DNA from: an uncultured Thermoplasmatales archaeon | GTDB taxonomy: Archaea > Thermoplasmatota > E2 > DHVEG-1 | Assembly: GCA_964601295.1 (NCBI GenBank) | Contig: CAZRMY010000001.1 | Coordinates: 1-50,748, forward strand | DNA length: 50,748 nt | Direction: 5' to 3' | The notes under the pieces: model-generated | Seen by the model: only the letters and a program-made list of their open reading frames with translations | What the model was told of the DNA's origin: nothing | Databases searched by the model: none | Position numbers and translations under genes: made by a program | Shown: in pieces, positions 44,307-50,748 of the stretch | Layout of the letters: each line of letters opens with the position of its first letter | How positions within the stretch are numbered: the first letter of the stretch is position 1

Positions 44307-45473
44307 ATGAGAGATGTTGCGGTTGTTGGGGTTGGTATGACCCAATTTGGTGAATTATGGGATAAATCATTCAGACAACTTACTGCAGAAGCAGGAGCGA
44401 AAGCCATCTTAGATGCAGGCGTTGAAGGAAAAGAAATTGATGCTATGTATATTGGTACTATGAGCGCTGGTAGATTTGTAGGCCAAGAACATGTGGGCGC
44501 ACTTGTTGCAGATGCCAGTGGATTTGCCCATGAACACATTCCAGCAACTCGAGTGGAAGGCGCATGTGCATCAGGTGGACTTGCAATACGTGAAGGCTAT
44601 ATGTCAATAGCTGCTGGAGTTAATGATGTTGTGGTAGTTGGGGGTATTGAAAAAATGAATGATGTTGGTGGCACAGCAGCCACAGAAACCTTGGTTACTG
44701 CAGCGGATCAAGAATGGGAGGCATTTTTTGGTGCTACCTTCCCAGCTATTTATGCGATGATGGCAACCCGACATATGCATGAATATGGGACGACTCGTAA
44801 ACAACTCGCTCAGGTGGCGGTAAAAAACCATGCAAACGGTGCATTAAACCCTCACGCACAATTCAGACGAACACTCCCTCTTGAAACAGTATTAAATTCT
44901 ACGACCGTTGCTTACCCGTTAACCCTTCTTGATTGCTCACCAGTCAGCGATGGTGCTGCAGCAGTAGTGCTCTGCGCAGCTGATAAAGCCAAAAAATATT
45001 CAGATAAACCGCTTAAGATACTAGGATCTGGGCAGGCATCAGATACCTTAGCACTCCATGCACGAGATAATATAACAACTATTGATGCTACTGTACAAGC
45101 CGCTCAGATGGCATATAAACAAGCAGATATTAAACCATCAGACATACACCTTGCTGAAGTCCATGACTGCTTCACCATAGCAGAAATTGTAGCAATTGAA
45201 GACCTCGGGTTTGTCAAAAAAGGCGAAGGCGGAAAAGCAGTTGAACAACATATAACAACCTTAGACGGTACACTACCTGTTAACCCAAGTGGTGGTTTGA
45301 AAGCCAAAGGTCATCCTGTGGGCGCCACTGGCGTTGCTCAAATAGTTGAAATAGCCTATCAACTCAGAGAAGAAGCAGAGAAACGCCAGGTAAAAGATGC
45401 AACCATTGGTTTAGCACACAACGTTGGCGGATCGGGTGCCACCTGTACCGTTCACATCCTGGAGGCGATGTAA
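44307..45473 (+). CDS. Acetyl-CoA C-acetyltransferase (archaeal thiolase)
   Basis: [24 protein letters not shown] (nucleophile Cys), EVHDCFT, NPSGGL.AKGHP.GATG. I moved the start from the track's 44247 (which overlaps HMGCS) to ATG 44307, 7 nt after the HMGCS stop and preceded by GGGAG. Confidence 0.88.
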   Translation: MRDVAVVGVGMTQFGELWDKSFRQLTAEAGAKAILDAGVEGKEIDAMYIGTMSAGRFVGQEHVGALVADASGFAHEHIPATRVEGACASGGLAIREGYMSIAAGVNDVVVVGGIEKMNDVGGTAATETLVTAADQEWEAFFGATFPAIYAMMATRHMHEYGTTRKQLAQVAVKNHANGALNPHAQFRRTLPLETVLNSTTVAYPLTLLDCSPVSDGAAAVVLCAADKAKKYSDKPLKILGSGQASDTLALHARDNITTIDATVQAAQMAYKQADIKPSDIHLAEVHDCFTIAEIVAIEDLGFVKKGEGGKAVEQHITTLDGTLPVNPSGGLKAKGHPVGATGVAQIVEIAYQLREEAEKRQVKDATIGLAHNVGGSGATCTVHILEAM

Positions 45474-45475
45474 TC

Positions 45476-45895
45476 ATGCCAAGTGGAGTAGCACGATTCT
45501 GGCGAGAAATTCCCCAACGATATAATCTCATAGCTAACAAATGTGGTGCGTGTAATCGTATTTATTTTCCTCCACGGGAATCATGTCCATATTGCCGGCG
45601 TAAAAGTATCGGTAACATGATGGAAACCAAGCTGAGCGGAAAAGGAGAAATTTTTTCCTATACGATAATTCATGTGGCCCCTAAAAACTTTGAAAAACAG
45701 GTCCCATACGCAGTAGCGATTATCCGTTTAGATGAAGGCCCGCGGTTAACCGCTCAGATAGTCGATACTCCGTTAGAGGAAATAAAAATTGGTATGCGTG
45801 TCGAGTCAACATTCCGCCGTATCCAGGATGAAGGATATACCGGCGCGATATACTATGGTTATAAATTCAAAAAGAGCGCTGAAAACAAACCCTAA
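45476..45895 (+). CDS. DUF35 OB-fold/zinc-ribbon protein (scaffold subunit of the archaeal thiolase/HMG-CoA synthase complex)
   Basis: CGACNRIYFPPRESCPYC zinc ribbon followed by an OB-fold-like GEIFSYTIIHV..AVAIIRLDEGPRLTAQI. Starts 2 nt after the thiolase stop. Confidence 0.85.
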   Translation: MPSGVARFWREIPQRYNLIANKCGACNRIYFPPRESCPYCRRKSIGNMMETKLSGKGEIFSYTIIHVAPKNFEKQVPYAVAIIRLDEGPRLTAQIVDTPLEEIKIGMRVESTFRRIQDEGYTGAIYYGYKFKKSAENKP

Positions 45896-45908
45896 TAAAG
45901 ATTTATTT

Positions 45909-48479
45909 TTATATATCTAAAATTGTTTGGTATATACCGCCACCATAACTGCCTGCATACAACACTATCCCTTCTTTTTTATCACTTACTGCTACAGATG
46001 AGATATGTGTAACACGCATACCAGTAGGAGGGATCAACTCCCAACTCATCCCACCATCATCACTGAGATACACGCCTTCACCCCAAGTACCAGCAAACAA
46101 CACGGAACTCTCATTTTCTCTACCTAAAATTTCCAATGCCCGAACTGGTACATTTGGCATACCGGAATTAATAGAAAACCAGGTTTCACCCAAATTTATA
46201 CTCTTAAAAACACCATACTCCGTGTCAGCAATATAAATACTATCTGGGTTATCAGAATCACATACTATATCCATAATATGACCATCAGAAAAACTAACAT
46301 CGACCTCGACCCATGTTACACCGCCATTAGTGCTTTTAAATACACCATTACCATAAGTTCCGGCAAAAATCACCTCAGAATCTAAAGGATGTACCATCAG
46401 TGAAACCACATGAATCCCCTCACTTGTTAACCCTGTTTCACTCCATGTAAACCCCCCATCAATTGATTTATACACACCATTTAACGTTCCAATATACACG
46501 ATATTATCATTTAACTGATCAACAGCGATTTCTTCTACACACCTATCAAACATATCATCCAACCCAGCAACAAGATATAACCAGGATTCACCACCGTCCT
46601 CGCTTCTAAAAAACCCGCCTCCATTATTATAAGAACCAAGATATATAACGTCAGGATCACCGGGATGAAACGCAATCGCACTTATATCACCCAAGGGGAT
46701 ATCCGGGGGTACCCATCCCTGCCACTCACTCCCGCCTGTATTGCTCTTGTATAATGCACAATATCCAAACATTGCCCCACAGAAAATATTATTTGTATCA
46801 AAAGGAGAAACCATAACCTCAGTGATCAATGTAATCGGAAGACCCATCACCTCCCAGGAGACTCCTGCATCAATAGAAGAATATACCACATCAAAATGCG
46901 ACGCAAACAACCGTTCCCGATCACCTGCACTAATCTCTAAACCTATCACCCATCTATCTACCGGTTCACCAGCACTATCAAAATGATATACCGGTAGCTC
47001 TCCCAATCCACTCCACTCATCCCCACCGGTTACAGATTGAAACACCCCATCTCGAGTTCCCACGTATACATGCAAGGCATCATCATGAGTAACAACAATT
47101 GAGGACACCTGTAAAGAGGTTAGCCCCATGTTCTTCTCACTCCAACTACCACCATTTACACTCTGAAAAACACCATTAGACAAAGTTGCACAATACACCA
47201 CCGCGCACTCGACATTATTAATACGAGAAACACCTGCCGAAATATCTAACACTGCTACATCTGTAAGCCCCTCATTCATCCATGACCAGGAAGTACCGCC
47301 ATTTATACTCAGATATATCCCTGATCCTTGTACACGACCATATACTATCTCAGAATCTAATGGATCAACAATTACTTGTCTTACACCGGGGTTAACAAGA
47401 TAGTGTAACAATGACTGCCAGGTGGCACCACCATCATAGCTCACATACAAAAAATACCCATGCAATAAATCCAGGCCACAGGCATACACCGTCTGGTTGT
47501 TATTTGGATCAATCGTTATATCAATAAATTTACACGCAGAAAAATAAGGGTCCAAATGCTCTGCCTGCAATGCGATCCAACTATTCCCTCCATCATAACT
47601 TTTCAAGAGTTCATTGCCAACCCCTGCATAAAGTATCTCTGGTTTATTTGGATCTAACATCGCGGCATAACAAGCACCAGATACAAGCATTTCCCACGTA
47701 TCACCCGTATTCTGACTTTTGAATAATCCTTCTGGTAACCCACTTCCACCATTGTTACCCACATAGACTAGTTCACAATTCGTAGGATCGCTCAACAAAA
47801 CTTCTGGCCCTCCTCCTTCAAATGGCCCATATGACACCCATTCACCAGGTGGATTACAACACCAGCGAACTGGTGAGGGACTCTCAGGGATAAATACATA
47901 ATTTATCAACCAAACAACATCATCAATAGACACAGAAAAATCCCCACCGGCATCACCCAAACATAACGGATCCGGCGGCATACCTCCATTAAAAATATAG
48001 TTTATCAGAAACACAATATCACTAACATTTATCATGCCATCCCGGTTAACATCTCCACAGTCAGATTCAAAAGCATTTGATGTCAAAACAAAATCATATG
48101 TCGTGTTCTCACCAATACTTAGCAGTACCCACTCAGAAAGATATCCCAGTTTACTTACCGTGACATTTTTTAAACAATAACAGAGGGGGATATTAGTAAT
48201 ACTATAAAATCCCGATGAATCCGTAACATCTTCCTCGTACGTACCATGAAATGAAACACGAACACGGGCATCACCTATAGGGTTTAATGCGGTATCCATC
48301 ACAAAACCGGAGAGAGTGCCATTAAAACTATAGCCGTTTAAATAAACTAGTTCTGTTTCTATATCAGAACGGTTTTTATGAATAATGCAAACTTCCATAC
48401 TCATGCAAATCTGCGATGCCAAAAGTATGCAGCAAATCGTTATCACTACTACATTAAACCTCTTCCATGTTTGTATCAT
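45909..48479 (-). CDS. Secreted dockerin-bearing double beta-propeller protein with 13 BNR/Asp-box motifs (GH74/sortilin-Vps10-like fold)
   Basis: Signal anchor. CarboxypepD_reg-like block (GFVMDTALNPIGDARVRV..SGFYSITNIP). Dockerin at nt ~47890..48060 (GDVNRDGMINVSDIVFLINYIF..GDAGGDFSVSIDDVVWLINYVF). 13 S-x-(D/N)-G-G-x-(T/S/E)-W motifs. The track start (48503) is TTG; I prefer ATG 48479, preceded by GGGGGAGG with a 5-nt spacer. Confidence 0.75.
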   Translation of the reverse strand: MIQTWKRFNVVVITICCILLASQICMSMEVCIIHKNRSDIETELVYLNGYSFNGTLSGFVMDTALNPIGDARVRVSFHGTYEEDVTDSSGFYSITNIPLCYCLKNVTVSKLGYLSEWVLLSIGENTTYDFVLTSNAFESDCGDVNRDGMINVSDIVFLINYIFNGGMPPDPLCLGDAGGDFSVSIDDVVWLINYVFIPESPSPVRWCCNPPGEWVSYGPFEGGGPEVLLSDPTNCELVYVGNNGGSGLPEGLFKSQNTGDTWEMLVSGACYAAMLDPNKPEILYAGVGNELLKSYDGGNSWIALQAEHLDPYFSACKFIDITIDPNNNQTVYACGLDLLHGYFLYVSYDGGATWQSLLHYLVNPGVRQVIVDPLDSEIVYGRVQGSGIYLSINGGTSWSWMNEGLTDVAVLDISAGVSRINNVECAVVYCATLSNGVFQSVNGGSWSEKNMGLTSLQVSSIVVTHDDALHVYVGTRDGVFQSVTGGDEWSGLGELPVYHFDSAGEPVDRWVIGLEISAGDRERLFASHFDVVYSSIDAGVSWEVMGLPITLITEVMVSPFDTNNIFCGAMFGYCALYKSNTGGSEWQGWVPPDIPLGDISAIAFHPGDPDVIYLGSYNNGGGFFRSEDGGESWLYLVAGLDDMFDRCVEEIAVDQLNDNIVYIGTLNGVYKSIDGGFTWSETGLTSEGIHVVSLMVHPLDSEVIFAGTYGNGVFKSTNGGVTWVEVDVSFSDGHIMDIVCDSDNPDSIYIADTEYGVFKSINLGETWFSINSGMPNVPVRALEILGRENESSVLFAGTWGEGVYLSDDGGMSWELIPPTGMRVTHISSVAVSDKKEGIVLYAGSYGGGIYQTILDI

Positions 48480-48643
48480 GTATTCCTCCCCCGTTTCATC
48501 CAATTTTTGAATACTATATTATATTTAGATATTTAAATTTTTATTACAACTCTCGAAAATTGAAAAATTGACTAATCTATTAAATTAAAAAATATTAAAA
48601 AAAGAGAGAGTGGAGGGTAGTAAGTGACTAGGTTTCACTGTTT

Positions 48644-50748
48644 TTATGCATCGATAGGCACTGGAGAGGACCACTCTGGGCTATACACTATGAGGAGCGG
48701 GTCACCGAAGATGCATTGAACGGTGGTAACTTGCATTGATGAGCTACCATACATTGACATTGGATCTTTTGTGGTGAAATCTCTGAAATGAAGCCATACT
48801 TGTTTGGAATACGCAGGTCCTATCGGTTCTCCGTCTAGGAGTGTGTCTTTAAAGAATTCGTCGTCCTGGATGTCTGCTTCTGGGCAAAGCCCTGATCCTG
48901 CGTTACCATAGTATATAACAGCTCCATGGTCAAGATAGACCATTGGACCATATCCTTCTGCTGTGGTACATGACATGTAGAATACCGCATTGCTCATGAG
49001 GTTTTCATGGAGTTGATCAACCCATTTGTAGTGAATGATATCATAGAGTTGTGGTGGTTCTGCGTTGTACCAGGTGAATCCTCCATCTCGAGCGGTTTTT
49101 ATACTGTCATAGTCGTAACCACGCCAGGCATCCGACCAGATTTCTTCAGGATATGCACAGTATTCCTGTTGATATGGCTGTGCTGATATACCGCTTCCAC
49201 CGGTTCCATGCCCTGAGTAGTACATGATACTAGCACCTTCGTTCATTCGTTGATTATGTGCCTCCCAGAGACAGTGACCTTCGTAGGTTCTACCATGTGA
49301 ACCGAACGCTTTTTTGAGTATACGTGAGGAATACGCTGATGGTCGATCACCATTGTTAAGTGTCCATTGTCCTCCATCTGGGAAGTTCATCAGTTGTGTG
49401 GTGGTAATATCTCTATTTGGATTTGCGTAGATTAACGCAGGGTAGAGTACGTTACGTACAACCATTGCGGAGGTGTATGCGGGCGTGTTACCGGGTATAT
49501 GTCCAGCATATGAGAGATTCCCCATCATCACAGAATGCGCTTCAAGATGAATATCATCTCGTGGTGCAACAAAGACATATCCCTCTTGTCCTTCTAAATC
49601 AAGGCCATAGCTGTTACACCAGTTATAGATATCATCATGGAGTTGTTCATTCCAATATCTTTTTGCATCGAGACCAAATGGTGGGAATTCTTTGTTTTTG
49701 ATGATATTAATAAGCATCTCAAGTTTACTTGGTATAGGCTCACCTGCTACCGGTAAATGACCTGTTGAGCGTGACCCATGATAGTAATCTCCTTCTCCCA
49801 GCCGCCAGGTGTCAATCCGTTCAGCCATACCCGCAGGATTACCACTGGCTTCTCCGATGTTTAACACTGGTGAGCCATGATAGGCTGCAAGCATAGCTGC
49901 GGGTGCATAATAGCCATCACCTGTTGCAATAGAGGTTATCGTAATATAATTCTCTGAAGCGTCATACTCTTTGATATAGCTAATGATATCCTGCATGGTG
50001 GTGAGATCTGCTTCTAGAGTCGGTAGATCATCACGTACATCTGCACCAATTTCACCGTTTTCAACAAATATGACCTTACTAACACCCAACGTTGACAATG
50101 CATCTTGGGTTGCTGAAGGCACGCTATCCTTGTTAACATACAAAAGCGGTGCGTGTTCCAATGATGCGATAACTGCAGCGTTTGAAGCAGACATAACCGC
50201 ATTGCTACGATCGCTTGTTATCTTTCGAATTTCACCGGTTATATCGTATTTGATTTTATCTGGTCCTTCAACATTTCGTGGCACTACTATTGCCGTCCAC
50301 ATACCTTCATCGGGATGTAACACTTCAGCGGTCCATTCAGTATGTGGCTCAGGAATCCATTTAGTCCATGGATCAAAACCCGTGAATGATAGCCCATTCC
50401 ATTCATGGATTGGGTTTACCGGTCCAATCCAATGTGGATAAGCCACTTCACGATAATGGCCCATTGGATCAATGAGAAACACCATAAGATCTGTTGGTTC
50501 ATCTGTCTGGACTTTAACCGTTAAAACTGAATTTTGATCATTAACTCGTAGGCGATATCTATCTCCACCATATTTGGTGACACGTAAGAACCAGTTGCCT
50601 GCACCTGATGAAGCAGAGGCGCCGTACACACCCATGCAAGGAACAGGGTAGAACATATCTGTGAAACCGCCATGTCCATGATCAGGCCACCAATCCGTTG
50701 CAACAGTCATATATTTTGGTATTAGTGAATCCAATGCGGGTTCAATCC
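48644..50748 (-). CDS. Clan CD (C25-like) cysteine peptidase-domain protein with CWB2-like (cell wall binding repeat 2-like) inserts; N-terminus cut by the window edge
   Basis: The frame stays open upstream of the track's TTG (50734) to the window end (..IEPALDSLIPKY..). CWB2-like block AAVIASLEHAPLLYVNKDSVPSATQDALSTLGVSKVIFVENGEIG. Candidate catalytic His in IMYYSGHGTGGSG and Cys in AVFYMSCTTAEGYG. Confidence 0.5.
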   Translation of the reverse strand, partial: IEPALDSLIPKYMTVATDWWPDHGHGGFTDMFYPVPCMGVYGASASSGAGNWFLRVTKYGGDRYRLRVNDQNSVLTVKVQTDEPTDLMVFLIDPMGHYREVAYPHWIGPVNPIHEWNGLSFTGFDPWTKWIPEPHTEWTAEVLHPDEGMWTAIVVPRNVEGPDKIKYDITGEIRKITSDRSNAVMSASNAAVIASLEHAPLLYVNKDSVPSATQDALSTLGVSKVIFVENGEIGADVRDDLPTLEADLTTMQDIISYIKEYDASENYITITSIATGDGYYAPAAMLAAYHGSPVLNIGEASGNPAGMAERIDTWRLGEGDYYHGSRSTGHLPVAGEPIPSKLEMLINIIKNKEFPPFGLDAKRYWNEQLHDDIYNWCNSYGLDLEGQEGYVFVAPRDDIHLEAHSVMMGNLSYAGHIPGNTPAYTSAMVVRNVLYPALIYANPNRDITTTQLMNFPDGGQWTLNNGDRPSAYSSRILKKAFGSHGRTYEGHCLWEAHNQRMNEGASIMYYSGHGTGGSGISAQPYQQEYCAYPEEIWSDAWRGYDYDSIKTARDGGFTWYNAEPPQLYDIIHYKWVDQLHENLMSNAVFYMSCTTAEGYGPMVYLDHGAVIYYGNAGSGLCPEADIQDDEFFKDTLLDGEPIGPAYSKQVWLHFRDFTTKDPMSMYGSSSMQVTTVQCIFGDPLLIVYSPEWSSPVPIDA

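Noticed and set aside
1-50748. The first 9 nt (acccgcatt) are the exact reverse complement of 50733..50741 (aatgcgggt) near the other window end
   Set aside because: The match is not at the exact terminus (7 nt offset) and is only 9 bp. Joining the ends does not fuse the two truncated ORFs in frame, and both copies lie in coding sequence. It is most likely coincidence or a windowing or assembly quirk. The flanking sequence would settle it.
1-50748. Scan for CRISPR arrays, IS elements, transposases, integrases, phage genes, rRNA and toxin-antitoxin pairs
   Set aside because: No direct-repeat/spacer periodicity was seen in any intergenic region. No DDE, tyrosine- or serine-recombinase or Cas-like motifs appear in any ORF. 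The only DNA-level repeats are the coding repeats within the giant gene.

Overview
Archaeal chromosomal segment, mid/low GC by eye. All calls below come from motif recognition on the supplied translations and from reading the DNA; no searches were run. The archaeal assignment rests on the L7Ae-S28e-L24e operon, an archaeal-type PheS alpha subunit, the HMG-CoA synthase/thiolase/DUF35 trio, TATA/BRE-like promoters and oligo-T terminators. A Thermoplasmatota-like sediment lineage is my guess only, based on the heliorhodopsin type, a PGF-pre-PGF-like domain and secreted C25 peptidases. Short housekeeping islands are interleaved with secreted or cell-surface protein genes, which by my coordinates cover about three quarters of the window. 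The housekeeping genes are a DRG GTPase, carbamate kinase, a DUF355 protein, three ribosomal proteins, a radical SAM protein, tRNA-Ile(GAU), pheS, a COG1340-like coiled-coil protein and the mevalonate-entry trio. The surface set includes one ~5,100-codon giant protein (5720..21046, minus strand) with about 18 tandem copies of a ~123-aa domain I cannot name. It also includes three gingipain-like (C25/clan CD) peptidase-domain proteins, one papain-family (C1) peptidase, two cohesin-like proteins and one dockerin-bearing double BNR beta-propeller. A 7-bladed propeller protein, a parallel beta-helix protein and a COG1470/CARDB-like protein complete the set. Two sequence modules are shuffled among these otherwise unrelated proteins. 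One is a ~95-aa PKD-like module with a DPDGD...DWGDG...VKAKD signature; the other is an FN3-like module with a DPEGD..W.IETSPDIG signature. A heliorhodopsin gene (30708..31502) sits among them, back-to-back with a single-pass membrane protein. No CRISPR array, transposase, integrase, rRNA or toxin-antitoxin pair was seen. The best candidate for something new is the modular surface adhesion and proteolysis locus: the giant repeat protein, the C25/C1 peptidases, the cohesin-dockerin parts and the shared modules. The heliorhodopsin is the best single-gene curiosity.
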